A stretch of 64,000 bases of DNA from Candidatus Marinacidobacterales bacterium (GTDB taxonomy: Bacteria; Acidobacteriota; Vicinamibacteria; Marinacidobacterales; DATDRI01): positions 2,304,001 to 2,368,000 of the forward strand of contig OZ245365.1 of the NCBI GenBank assembly GCA_965226495.1, given 5' to 3'. Shown here piece after piece: positions 48,325 to 57,974 of this stretch. The translations under genes and the position numbers were made by a program. The notes beneath the pieces were generated by a model. It made no database searches and was not told the DNA's origin. It worked only from the letters and a program-made list of their open reading frames with translations. Position 1 is the stretch's first letter. Each line of letters opens with the position of its first letter.

Positions 48325-49551
48325 TCAGGGATTGGATGGCCCCGGCTCGGCAAGCGGTGTCTCGGAGTTGGGATCTATGGGGAGTCCGGTTTCGGAAGCA
48401 AAGATTTTGCGAAGGAGATTACGCCAAGTCGTGTATTGGGTTTCGACGGATCCGGTTAGTCGGGTGACCTCGCCTTCCATATCGATGAGCAGGGGAGCGA
48501 TGTCCGCATCCAAGGAGGCGGCGAGCTCCTTGAGAGCCTCGCGGTGCATCTTGGCTTCTTCCATTTTGGACATCCCGTCGGCCATGACCATCCCGCCGAT
48601 GACGGACACACCGCCCCTTCTGGTGGCGATTCCACCGGCCATGGCTCCAACGCCGGCGAGCATTCTGATCCAGGCTTCTTTCCTCATCCGAGCAAGCCTG
48701 ACCTCTTCTTCGTAGCTGAAGGCTCTCCAGTCGTCATAGGGTGCGTCCATCTTCAAGTAGAAGTTGGCGTAGAACTCGTTCAGCGTGTCGATGAACATGA
48801 AATCCCGCTCGCGAATGTCGTTGACGCGCACCATCATCGGATCGCCGTGCGCCGGGAGCTTCTCGATCGAGTACCGCCCTTTCTTGTCGACTTTCAAATA
48901 TTCCTCGAACGGAGTCGGTGCTAGGTCCACCGCGAACTTGAGCTGTGACAGCAAGCGCACTTGCTGGATGTCTTTTTCGTCGAGCTTCCGTCGCTTCTCG
49001 AGGATATCGTTGGCGATCTCGTTATAAAGAAACTGATAAGGGTCTGGTTGCTCGGCGATACCCCTCTTCTTGGTGTAGGCGCTCACGCTGGCTTCTCGCT
49101 TGTACCGTTTCTTCAACCAACTTTGGCCGCGAGCGTCTAGGACGTGGATCTCGACCTCGAGGTTCTTTCCGTGCGACTTCCGGATGGTGCCGGACACCAT
49201 GACGTCCACCGCGTTCGCGGCGGGGACCACGCGAACCGCGCCCCAGTAACCCGTTGACTGAAGCGTTTGCTTCAACTGGAAGGGGATGTATCGAGCCTCG
49301 GATTTCCTCACGTCCGGAAAGACACCCTTTTCTTCCAAGTCGAAGAGGGCCTCCTCGTCTTCCGGCAAGCCGGGGTCGAACACGTGGATGCCGACGTCAA
49401 GAAGTTGTTCCTCGGGAATCTCGGTTTGCGCTTGGATGAGCTCAACCGGATCCTTGTTGCCGGCGTGTGTAGGCGAGGCGGTCAGGAACCCCAGCGCGAC
49501 AAAAGCCACAGGCACTATCAGTATTCGGGGTATGGAAAGTCGGCTCGGCAT
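48325..49551 (-). CDS. Exported hypothetical protein (operon member)
   Basis: Signal peptide; globular region FPDVRKSEARY...WGAVRVVP; Gly-rich amphipathic segment near the C-terminus. Confidence 0.8.
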   Translation of the reverse strand: MPSRLSIPRILIVPVAFVALGFLTASPTHAGNKDPVELIQAQTEIPEEQLLDVGIHVFDPGLPEDEEALFDLEEKGVFPDVRKSEARYIPFQLKQTLQSTGYWGAVRVVPAANAVDVMVSGTIRKSHGKNLEVEIHVLDARGQSWLKKRYKREASVSAYTKKRGIAEQPDPYQFLYNEIANDILEKRRKLDEKDIQQVRLLSQLKFAVDLAPTPFEEYLKVDKKGRYSIEKLPAHGDPMMVRVNDIRERDFMFIDTLNEFYANFYLKMDAPYDDWRAFSYEEEVRLARMRKEAWIRMLAGVGAMAGGIATRRGGVSVIGGMVMADGMSKMEEAKMHREALKELAASLDADIAPLLIDMEGEVTRLTGSVETQYTTWRNLLRKIFASETGLPIDPNSETPLAEPGPSNP

Positions 49552-49554
49552 CGT

Positions 49555-50550
49555 TTAGCTCCCTTTCTCGGTGCCTCGCTTATAGGCTCGGTACTCCTCC
49601 CATAGTCTCTCACGAAGTTTCGGGTCGTCTTCTTGCGTGGCCGCTTCGCGCAGCTGCCTGGCTACGATGTCATCGCCGCTACCGTCGCCAACGTCGGGGG
49701 GGACACGACCGTTGTCCGACTCGCCCTCGGCCCCTCCGACGGGAGCGCCTGGAGACGAGTCCACCGGCTCTCCGTCGGGGGCATCCGGTGATCCGCCGGT
49801 GCCACCCGCGATCTGTGTTGCGCGTCGTTCAGCATCGGCACCGTCGGCAGAGTCGGCACCGCCGTCGCCTACTCCACCCGAGGATCCCCCGGCCCCGCTG
49901 TCACCACTCGCCGCCGCGGCTGCTTCTCGCTGCTGCTCCAGGAGCTCTTGTTCGCTCAGGAGCAGCTTGTCGAACTCGCTGAGTGACGAGTCCAAGTCTT
50001 TATCGAGGCCGGCGCGTTTTTCTTCCGTCGTCTTGGGCCCGCCCCCGCCGCCTTTCGAAGCACCGCCGGGTTTGGCGCCCGACGGCGGTGTTCCTCCGGA
50101 AGTCTTTCCCGTCGCACCGGCGTTACCCGATTTACCTGCGCCAGCGGAGCTCGGTTTGGACGCGGTCGCCTCACCCTTGGAGGACTCCCCGGCTCCAGGC
50201 TGCGCCCCGGCTTCGGCGCTCGTTTCGGTCCCGGAGGATGAGCCGTCCTCGCTATCTTCGCCTTTCGCACCGTCTTCACTGGAGCTCGTGCCTCCGGCCT
50301 CCGTTCCTTCTCCCTTTTTCGTTTCGCTTGGGGTCGAAGGTTCGCTCGATGACGGTGTGGAAGGTGGCGTCGTGGATGGTGGCGCCGGCGAAGGTGAAGG
50401 CTTTGAGGGAGGGCTCGGCACCGACGGGGGCGAGGGTAAAGAAGGTACCGAAGGGGTCGATGAACGACTCGAGCATCCCGCCACAACGAAAAGCAGAATG
50501 CCTAAGCCAGCCAGTCTCACGGTCCCGTCAACGCTCTTTGTGACGTTCAT
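49555..50550 (-). CDS. Low-complexity lipoprotein with C-terminal DDIVARQLREAA...LWEEY helix motif
   Basis: Lipobox VAGC; long P/S/G-rich linker; first gene of the operon. Start is uncertain. Confidence 0.75.
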   Translation of the reverse strand: MNVTKSVDGTVRLAGLGILLFVVAGCSSRSSTPSVPSLPSPPSVPSPPSKPSPSPAPPSTTPPSTPSSSEPSTPSETKKGEGTEAGGTSSSEDGAKGEDSEDGSSSGTETSAEAGAQPGAGESSKGEATASKPSSAGAGKSGNAGATGKTSGGTPPSGAKPGGASKGGGGGPKTTEEKRAGLDKDLDSSLSEFDKLLLSEQELLEQQREAAAAASGDSGAGGSSGGVGDGGADSADGADAERRATQIAGGTGGSPDAPDGEPVDSSPGAPVGGAEGESDNGRVPPDVGDGSGDDIVARQLREAATQEDDPKLRERLWEEYRAYKRGTEKGS

Positions 50551-50979
50551 TAGATGCACCTTTCCAGTGTGGACGCCCCATCGGAACACCCTCATGGTAC
50601 CTCAAAGTGCAAATTCAAGGCCAGTAAGGGGGATCGGTGAGGCGCGGTAGGGGGGGACCCTAATCGATACTTATCTAATACTTTAGGGCTACGGGTCGCC
50701 GCGCCACGACTGCGTGTCAGGGTTCTCCCTCATCGGGATCCAGGACGAGCCGTCCACCCCCGATGACATTACCGCGAAAGCGCGATCCGTGGGCTTTTCA
50801 CCTCTCGCCCGCTGACGATGTATTAAAGCTCGCCTTTGCCTGAGCCGGGCCGACCGTCCATCCCCTCCTCAATGCGAGCATCGAGAAAAGGAGCCGAGTG
50901 ATCTGATGGCGGGCATGTTGACACAAAATCTGCCGCGGGGGACACTACTTCTTAACCTTCTTATAAGGAGAACAACAGC

Positions 50980-51720
50980 GTGAAGCGCACGGAACGGCAT
51001 CATTTGAAGCAGAACGACCTGCTCCACTGGTTGGAACAATTCGCCGGTTGGGCCGCTGAGAACCGCTCCTCTCTGAAGACCGGGGCCATTGCGGTTCTGC
51101 TTGCGGCCGTCGTAGTTGGAGGCATCTACGTCTATCGCCACGGTCGGGATCAGACGGCAGATACCGCCCTCAGCGAAGCACTGGAGGTCTACCACGGGGT
51201 GGTGCGCGAGAACACGATCATCTCGGGACCCGACGCGGGACCGACCTTCAACAGCCAGGAGGAACGCTACATTGCGGCGCTCGAAGCGCTCGAGGAGGTC
51301 GAGCAGAAGTACACTGCCATCAAGCAAGGAAGGGAAGCGCGCTACTACATGGCACTTTCGAAGGCAGGGCTTGGCGAGCTCGAGGAGTCGGAAGGGCTCT
51401 TGGAACACGTCGTCGACAAGCGAGGAGATCTACTTTATTACCTCGCGTCTCAGACTCTGGCTACGGTGAAGGCGGATCGGGGGGATCACGCGGCTGCGGC
51501 AGAGGTGTATCGGACACTCGTGGACGATGCGAAGGGGCCGCTTCCGAAAGACCAACTCCTGTTCCGGATGGCAGAGCAGTTGGAAGCGGACGGCAAACTG
51601 CAGGAAGCGCGACAGGCTTATGAACGGTTTCTCGAAGAGTATCCGACATCTTCGCTTCGCAGCCAGGCGGAACAGAAAAGCGAGCTCCTGGAGTTTCGGT
51701 TGAATGGCTCTCCCGCATAG
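50980..51720 (+). CDS. Membrane-anchored TPR protein (YfgM-like)
   Basis: MKRTERHHLKQN, TM helix, TPRs and EEYPTS; AAGGAG RBS. Confidence 0.85.
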   Translation: MKRTERHHLKQNDLLHWLEQFAGWAAENRSSLKTGAIAVLLAAVVVGGIYVYRHGRDQTADTALSEALEVYHGVVRENTIISGPDAGPTFNSQEERYIAALEALEEVEQKYTAIKQGREARYYMALSKAGLGELEESEGLLEHVVDKRGDLLYYLASQTLATVKADRGDHAAAAEVYRTLVDDAKGPLPKDQLLFRMAEQLEADGKLQEARQAYERFLEEYPTSSLRSQAEQKSELLEFRLNGSPA

Positions 51721-51765
51721 CCTGCCTGTAATAGTCAAGACTGCCAAGACTGTCACGAGGGAATA

Positions 51766-53511
51766 ATGCGATCCAAGCGTTGGATTTTCTGGCTCTTCCT
51801 GATCGTGGGCTCGTTGGTGATGCTTTCAGCGGCGAGTGTCTACATGCTGGTTCAGAGCCTCAACCTGGCGGTTCCTGACGTCGTCAGCGGCTCGACCTTG
51901 ACGCTCGATATGACGGGACCACTGCCGGAGGACCGGCTGTTCGATCTCAGCGGACCCTTCTTTGACGTGGAGAACGTCACTTTCAGGGAAGTCTTGAACT
52001 CCGTCCGCCGAGCCAAGGACGATTCGCGAGTATCGAACCTCCTGCTGCATTTCCGGGGAACCGGTATCGGGTGGGCTAAAGCAGGGGAGCTCCGCTCGGC
52101 GCTCACGGATTTCGTCGCTTCGGGAAAGAATCTCGTTTCCTACGTCGAGTACGGCGGGACGTTGGACTATTACGTAGCTTCCGCCGCCGAGACGATCTAT
52201 ATCCATCCGCAAAGCATCCTGGATCTTCGTGGGCTCAATGCCGAAGTCACCTTCATGAAGTCCGCGCTCGACAAGCTGGGAGTAGAGGCCGAGTTCGAAC
52301 AGATCGGCGCATACAAGAACGCCCCCGACGTTTATAGGAGAGAATCGCTCAGCGAGCCCCACCGGGAGGCCCTCACGGCGATCGTAGACGATCTCTACGA
52401 CCGGTTGGTCGACTCCATTGCCATCGCGCGCAACATGACGAACGCGGAAGTGGTCGCCCTTTTCGATAGGGGACCGTTTCGAGCCGCAGACGCGCTAGAG
52501 CTGGGGCTGGTCGATGAGCTTCTGCATAAGGACGAAGTCGAGGCCCGCCTTGCAGAAGTCGGCGAGGATTTCGAACCGCTGACGGTCGCAGGTTACGAAG
52601 CGAACAGCGACGATGGTTTCGGTCTCACTGATCGCCCGAAGATCGCCCTCATATACGGGGTCGGCATGATCGTCAGCGGTCAAAACAGCGACGACCCTTT
52701 GTTCGGCCGAGTCATGGGTGCCGACACGCTGGCTTCTACGTTCAAGCAGGTTCGCGAGGATGACTCGATCGAAGCAGTGGTCTTTCGAATTCAAAGTCCC
52801 GGTGGCTCCGACGTCGCTTCCGATGTGATCTGGCGCGAAGCGTCGCTCACCATGGAGAAGAAGCCGGTGGTGGTGTCCATGTCGGACGTGGCGGCCTCGG
52901 GCGGCTATTGGATCGCCACCGCTTCGCATGCGATCGTCGCTGAGCCGTCCACGCTCACCGGGTCGATCGGAATCTTCGCGGGCAAATTCAACCTGGACGG
53001 TCTCTATGAGAAGATCGGGTTCAGCCATGATCGCGTCATAAGAGGTGCAAGCGCCGATTTCTGGAGCAGCTCTCGGTCCTTTAGCGCGGAGGAACGGCAG
53101 CGGCTCCGTGGCATTCTCGAGGGCGGCTACGAACGTTTCCTCGAAAGAGTGGCGACTTCCCGGAACATGTCGCGCGACGAAGTGGACGCCATCGCGCAAG
53201 GTCGAGTCTGGACCGGAGCGCAGGCCCTCGAGATCGGCTTGGTGGATGAGTTGGGCGGTTTGGATCGTGCGGTGGCTCTAGCCCGGGAAAAAGCGGACAT
53301 CGCCGAAGACGCAGAAATACGCTTGGAGATCTATCCGGAGAGGGGAACGTTCTTCGAGATGTTGGTCAACAAGATGGTTTACGGAGCGCCGGAAGTAACG
53401 GGTATCCGACGTTTCATTTCGGAGCGGTTGATCGCCGAATCACCCGTGCTGCGCCTCTTGACCGAGACACCCCGACTGGTTCTCATGCCCTTTGACGTGA
53501 CGATCCACTAG
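51766..53511 (+). CDS. sppA: Signal peptide peptidase SppA (67K type)
   Basis: GAYKNAP, SPGGS, AASGGYW, TGSIGI and QGRVWTG motifs. Confidence 0.95.
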   Translation: MRSKRWIFWLFLIVGSLVMLSAASVYMLVQSLNLAVPDVVSGSTLTLDMTGPLPEDRLFDLSGPFFDVENVTFREVLNSVRRAKDDSRVSNLLLHFRGTGIGWAKAGELRSALTDFVASGKNLVSYVEYGGTLDYYVASAAETIYIHPQSILDLRGLNAEVTFMKSALDKLGVEAEFEQIGAYKNAPDVYRRESLSEPHREALTAIVDDLYDRLVDSIAIARNMTNAEVVALFDRGPFRAADALELGLVDELLHKDEVEARLAEVGEDFEPLTVAGYEANSDDGFGLTDRPKIALIYGVGMIVSGQNSDDPLFGRVMGADTLASTFKQVREDDSIEAVVFRIQSPGGSDVASDVIWREASLTMEKKPVVVSMSDVAASGGYWIATASHAIVAEPSTLTGSIGIFAGKFNLDGLYEKIGFSHDRVIRGASADFWSSSRSFSAEERQRLRGILEGGYERFLERVATSRNMSRDEVDAIAQGRVWTGAQALEIGLVDELGGLDRAVALAREKADIAEDAEIRLEIYPERGTFFEMLVNKMVYGAPEVTGIRRFISERLIAESPVLRLLTETPRLVLMPFDVTIH

Positions 53512-53516
53512 ACGCG

Positions 53517-54407
53517 TCAAGTCAACTTCTCTTTGAAGATGTAACCCAGGAACTTGTAGACCAGCTTCGCGGCTAAGAAGTTGGGGGCGCCTTGCCCGGG
53601 TAGGGGGGCCAACTCGTTCACGTCGAAACCCACGATCGTGCGGTTCTCGGCGACTCGTTTCAACAAGTCGCAGGTCTCGTACCAGCCCAGACCGCCCGGT
53701 TCAGGGGTTCCTACCGCGGGCATGATCGAGGGGTCGAGCCCATCGAGATCGATGGTGACGTAGACCGGATCGCCTAACGCCTCGACGACTTCCTTCTGCC
53801 AATGCGGCGTCCGTTGGATCTGGTGAGCAAAAAAAGCCTTGGTGGGAAGCGAAGGCAAGGCTTCCAACTCTTCTCCGGATATGCTTCGGAGCCCCACCTG
53901 GACTCCACTCGCCATCTCCAGCACCCGCCTCATCGCGCAAGCGTGACTGTATTTACTTCCCTGGTAGGTGTCCCGAAGATCGGCGTGCGCGTCGATCTGC
54001 AAAACGGAGAGCTTCGGATTCTTTTCCACGATGGCTTTCACTAAAGGCGGGGTGATGGTGTGCTCGCCCCCGAGCGCCACCAAGAACTTGCCATCGTCCA
54101 GAACACTCCTGGCCGCCTGATGGATGCGGTCGATCATGTCGGCAGGCGATGTGGTTAAGGTCTCGATCTCCGGCAGGGTGTGTATTCCCAACCTTGACAC
54201 GTCACCTTCGATTTCCTCGTCATAGCTTTCGAGGTGACGCGAGGCGTTGATGATTTCTCGGGGGCCGTCACGGGTCCCCGCCATGTAGGAAGTCGTAGCC
54301 TCGTAAGGGATCGGGAGGACCGCGATGGCTGCTTCGCGGTACGAATGCTCCTCGCCCCCGACACCTAGGAAATTGAAGGGTTCCGCCCGTGGGTAGTCGA
54401 CTGTAAT
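53517..54407 (-). CDS. speB: Agmatinase (ureohydrolase); probable ATT start
   Basis: GGEH, DAHADLRD, DLDGLDP and GTPEPGG motifs. The conserved N-terminal NFLG...LPIPYE.TTSY lies upstream of the first ATG. Confidence 0.9.
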   Translation of the reverse strand: MTVDYPRAEPFNFLGVGGEEHSYREAAIAVLPIPYEATTSYMAGTRDGPREIINASRHLESYDEEIEGDVSRLGIHTLPEIETLTTSPADMIDRIHQAARSVLDDGKFLVALGGEHTITPPLVKAIVEKNPKLSVLQIDAHADLRDTYQGSKYSHACAMRRVLEMASGVQVGLRSISGEELEALPSLPTKAFFAHQIQRTPHWQKEVVEALGDPVYVTIDLDGLDPSIMPAVGTPEPGGLGWYETCDLLKRVAENRTIVGFDVNELAPLPGQGAPNFLAAKLVYKFLGYIFKEKLT

Positions 54408-54451
54408 GGTTTTGTGCCTCCGGGCAAGAAATGTAGCAGAAGTGCCGGGTG

Positions 54452-57082
54452 TTAGTCGAGGCGCTTCTTCAAGTCGCTCAGAACTTGCAGCGCCTCGAGG
54501 GGCGTCATCTTGTCGAGGTCCAGCTTTCGGAGCTCGGAGGCGACTCGGTCCTCTACTTCCGCGAACAAAGCGAGCTGCCTTTCGGAGCTGTCCGACGGCG
54601 CACCGGCCCCCACCGAGAGACGCGGTCGCCCTTCGAGGTCGAACTCAGTCTTTTCGAGATTCGTGAGAATCTCCTGAGCTCGGGTGATGAGAGAGGGCGG
54701 AAGGCCTGCAAGACGGGCGACCTGGATGCCGTAACTCCGATCGGAACCGCCACGGACCACCTTGCGGAGAAACACGATATCGTCTTTCCACTCACGCGCC
54801 GCTACGTGGTAGTTCGCTACGCCGGGGAGCTCGGCCGCTAAATCGGTGAGCTCGTGGTAATGCGTCGCAAAAATCGTCTTGCAGCTAAGCTTTTTGTTGC
54901 TCGCGATGTACTCCGCGACGGCCCAGGCTAGCGACAGGCCGTCGAAGGTTGCGGTGCCACGACCGATCTCGTCCAGCAGAACGAGGCTACTCGTCGTAGC
55001 GTGATGAAGAATGTGTGCCGTTTCCTGCATCTCCACCATGAAGGTGGAGCGACCGCGAAAAAGATTGTCCGAAGCCCCCACCCGCGTAAAGATGCGATCC
55101 ACGACTGGAAGCTTGGCCTCGAGAGCAGGAACGAACGAACCCATCTGCGCCATGATCACGACCAAAGCAGCTTGGCGAAGATAGGTCGACTTGCCGCCCA
55201 TGTTGGGTCCGGTGAGAATGATCAGGTGGTTGTCCTGATCGAGGTCGATATCGTTCGGAACGAAGGGCTCACCGAGTGTGGCTTCGATGACCGGGTGGCG
55301 CGCCTGCTTGACTTGGAGATCGAAGCCATCATGGAATCGAGGCTTGGTGTACTGTGAAGAGGCGGCGACTTCGGCGAGTGCGCCGAGCACGTCGATGGTG
55401 GCGATGGCCTGCGCGGTCTGCCGGATGCGAGCCGCTTCCGCGGCCACGCGCCCGCGAAGAGCTTCGAAGAGCTCGGCCTCCATGATCGAAATGCGTTCTT
55501 CAGCGGTCGTTATCTTCTCTTCATACTCCTTGAGCTCGGGCGTAATGTACCGTTCGGCTCCTACCAGCGTTTGCTTGCGAATGTAGTCATCGGGGACAGC
55601 ACCGAGTTTGGACTTGGTGACCTCGATGTAATAACCGAACACCTTGTTGAAGCGAACCTTCAAGGAACCGATGCCGGTGCGCTTACGTTCGCGCTCTTCG
55701 ATGTCGGCGAGAGTTTGCTTGCCTTCCGAGCGAAGACGCTGGAACTCGTCGAGCTCTGACGAGACGCCCTTTCGGATGACGCCGCCGTCTCGTATCGTGG
55801 CGGGAGGCTCCGAGATGATCGTGGTCTCGATGTCGGAGCGTACCTCTTCTAGCGGGTCCATCTCCTCAGTCACCCTCTTCAAGAGCGGTGCGCGAAGCTC
55901 CTCTAATAAGGACGACAAACGGGGTGTCACCGCCAAGGACTGGCCGAGTCCGACGAAGTCGCGCGGATTGGCGTTTCCCAACGTTATCCGCGAGAGAACG
56001 CGCTCGATGTCCACTAAGGGCTTTAGTGCGCCGGCGAGCTTGGTTCGTGTGACGGTATCGAAGGCCAGCTGTTCAACGGCATCCAGTCGCGCACTGATCG
56101 CGTCGATATCCAACAAGGGACGGAGCAGCCATTGCTTCAGCATCCGCGCGCCCATCGGGTTTTGGGTCTTGTCGAGGATCGAAAGGAGTGTTCCTTGTCG
56201 GCCGCCTTCGGAGAGGGAGTTGGTGAGCTCGAGATTCCGGAGTGTTACCGGGTCGAGAACGAGATGTTCGCCCTCCTCGCGGTAGCGCAGGCTCGATATA
56301 TGGGCCAGCCCAGTGTGCTGTGTCTCCTGAAGATACTGAAGGGCCGCCCCCGCCGCCGATACCGCGAGCCTCCGTCCCTCGCAGCCGAAACCGTCGAGCG
56401 AAACGGTACCGAACTGGCGAAGGAGTAGATCACGTGCGGCCTCGTACTCGAACCGCCAGGGCTCACGCGGAGTCTCCACCGGACGTTCCTCTCCGCCGAC
56501 ACCGTTGAGGATCTCGCTGCTGACGGTGGAATCTTCTGGGAAAACGATCTCACGCGGTCGATAGGTGGCGAGGGTGTCCTTGAGTTTTTGCCAACGTTCT
56601 TCACTTGAATCCTCAGAGGTGAAAAAGTCGCCGGTCGAGAGATCAACGAGGGACGTTCCGACTCCTTCCTTGCCTGGGGCGACCGCCATCAAATAACTAG
56701 CTTCCTTGTCTTCTAAGTAGCCCTGGTGGAGATAGGTCGAAGGGGTGACGATGCGGACCACCTCGCGGCGAACAATACCCTTTGCGTGGCGAGGATCTTC
56801 GACCTGTTCGCAGACCGCCACCTTGAAACCGCGGCGAATCAGGCGACCGATGTAAGTATCGGCCGCATGATGGGGGATACCGCACATCGGGATCCCGCCA
56901 CCGGTGGCGTCTTTTTGCCGAGAGGTCAGAGTCAGTTCCAAAGCGCGGGACGCGGTGAGGGCATCGTCATAGAACATTTCGTAGAAGTCGCCCATGCGGA
57001 AGAACACGATGGCGTCGCCAACCTGGCGTTTGGCTTCGTGAAACTGCCGCATGGCGGGCGTGACGGTGTTCTTGTCTGCCAT
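54452..57082 (-). CDS. mutS: DNA mismatch repair protein MutS
   Basis: TPAMRQF, FRMGDFYEMF, GPNMGGKST, DEIGRGT and ATHYHEL motifs. Confidence 0.97.
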   Translation of the reverse strand: MADKNTVTPAMRQFHEAKRQVGDAIVFFRMGDFYEMFYDDALTASRALELTLTSRQKDATGGGIPMCGIPHHAADTYIGRLIRRGFKVAVCEQVEDPRHAKGIVRREVVRIVTPSTYLHQGYLEDKEASYLMAVAPGKEGVGTSLVDLSTGDFFTSEDSSEERWQKLKDTLATYRPREIVFPEDSTVSSEILNGVGGEERPVETPREPWRFEYEAARDLLLRQFGTVSLDGFGCEGRRLAVSAAGAALQYLQETQHTGLAHISSLRYREEGEHLVLDPVTLRNLELTNSLSEGGRQGTLLSILDKTQNPMGARMLKQWLLRPLLDIDAISARLDAVEQLAFDTVTRTKLAGALKPLVDIERVLSRITLGNANPRDFVGLGQSLAVTPRLSSLLEELRAPLLKRVTEEMDPLEEVRSDIETTIISEPPATIRDGGVIRKGVSSELDEFQRLRSEGKQTLADIEERERKRTGIGSLKVRFNKVFGYYIEVTKSKLGAVPDDYIRKQTLVGAERYITPELKEYEEKITTAEERISIMEAELFEALRGRVAAEAARIRQTAQAIATIDVLGALAEVAASSQYTKPRFHDGFDLQVKQARHPVIEATLGEPFVPNDIDLDQDNHLIILTGPNMGGKSTYLRQAALVVIMAQMGSFVPALEAKLPVVDRIFTRVGASDNLFRGRSTFMVEMQETAHILHHATTSSLVLLDEIGRGTATFDGLSLAWAVAEYIASNKKLSCKTIFATHYHELTDLAAELPGVANYHVAAREWKDDIVFLRKVVRGGSDRSYGIQVARLAGLPPSLITRAQEILTNLEKTEFDLEGRPRLSVGAGAPSDSSERQLALFAEVEDRVASELRKLDLDKMTPLEALQVLSDLKKRLD

Positions 57083-57212
57083 CGGGCGGATTGTACCCTG
57101 AAACATATCTCTAGTACGGCCGTGCGTCGACGTGGTTGCTTAGTTGCCGCTTTGACGGGAGTCAGACGGCGATCGTTTGAATCCACCAAATGCTCTGCAT
57201 AAGATGCTCCGG

Positions 57213-57974
57213 ATGAGGATCTTGGCGGTCGATACCACCGGGCCCAACGCAAGCATGGCGCTGCTCGACGGCGACGCGCTCGCGGGCTTCGCAGGCTTCA
57301 CGACCCGTCAAGGCCACGCGCAGAAGCTCCTCCCGGAATTGGGCCGCCTCTTCGACCGGCTCGACTCGTCTCTCGACGTGGTCGATGGTTTCGCGGTCGC
57401 CGTGGGGCCGGGTTCGTTCACGGGGCTTCGAATCGGCATCGCCAGCGTCGAGGGACTCGCCTTCGCAACCGGCCGTCCGGTGGTAGGTGTTTCGACGCTG
57501 GAAGCAACCGCCTGCAGGTACCGGTCCCACGAGGGTCTCATAGCGTCCGTGTTGGACGCACGCCGCGGGGAGATCTTCGGCGCTTTGTTCCGAGGCGATG
57601 GGAACTCGGTCACCGCAATCGGCGAGCCGGTCTGCGAGTCGTTGGAAACGTTCCTTGCTGGGCTCCCAGCCGCGGGACAGGAGGAGCCCATTCTATTTGG
57701 TGGAAGCGGTCTGGAGATCTATGGAGACCGGATCCGTGAGTCTTTGGGTGCACGCGCCGAGCTTAGCGAAACGTTCTTGTTTCTGAGTGAGGAGGTGGCG
57801 CGCATCGGGAAGCGTCTCCACGAGCAAGGTGAGGCGGTTCCCCTGGGGGGACTAGAGGCTCTTTATCTGCGGCCTGCGGATGCGAAAAAGACACAGCGTG
57901 GGAATGGGACCCTCACCCTACCCTCTCCCAAAGGGAGAGGGAATAAAGGAAGGAAGCCAACATCGTTACGATGA
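57213..57974 (+). CDS. tsaB: tRNA t6A biosynthesis protein TsaB
   Basis: MRILAVDT, GPGSFTGLRIG, LDARRGE and LYLR motifs. Confidence 0.93.
   Translation: MRILAVDTTGPNASMALLDGDALAGFAGFTTRQGHAQKLLPELGRLFDRLDSSLDVVDGFAVAVGPGSFTGLRIGIASVEGLAFATGRPVVGVSTLEATACRYRSHEGLIASVLDARRGEIFGALFRGDGNSVTAIGEPVCESLETFLAGLPAAGQEEPILFGGSGLEIYGDRIRESLGARAELSETFLFLSEEVARIGKRLHEQGEAVPLGGLEALYLRPADAKKTQRGNGTLTLPSPKGRGNKGRKPTSLR
57910..57941 (+). repeat. Short palindromic REP-type element in the tsaB 3' end
   Basis: CCCTCACCCTA-CCCTCTCCC-AAA-GGGAGAGGG. Confidence 0.8.

Noticed and set aside
49637-50650. 337-aa Pro/Ser-rich ORF on the + strand
   Set aside because: Antisense shadow of the low-complexity lipoprotein, which has a lipobox and fits the operon orientation.
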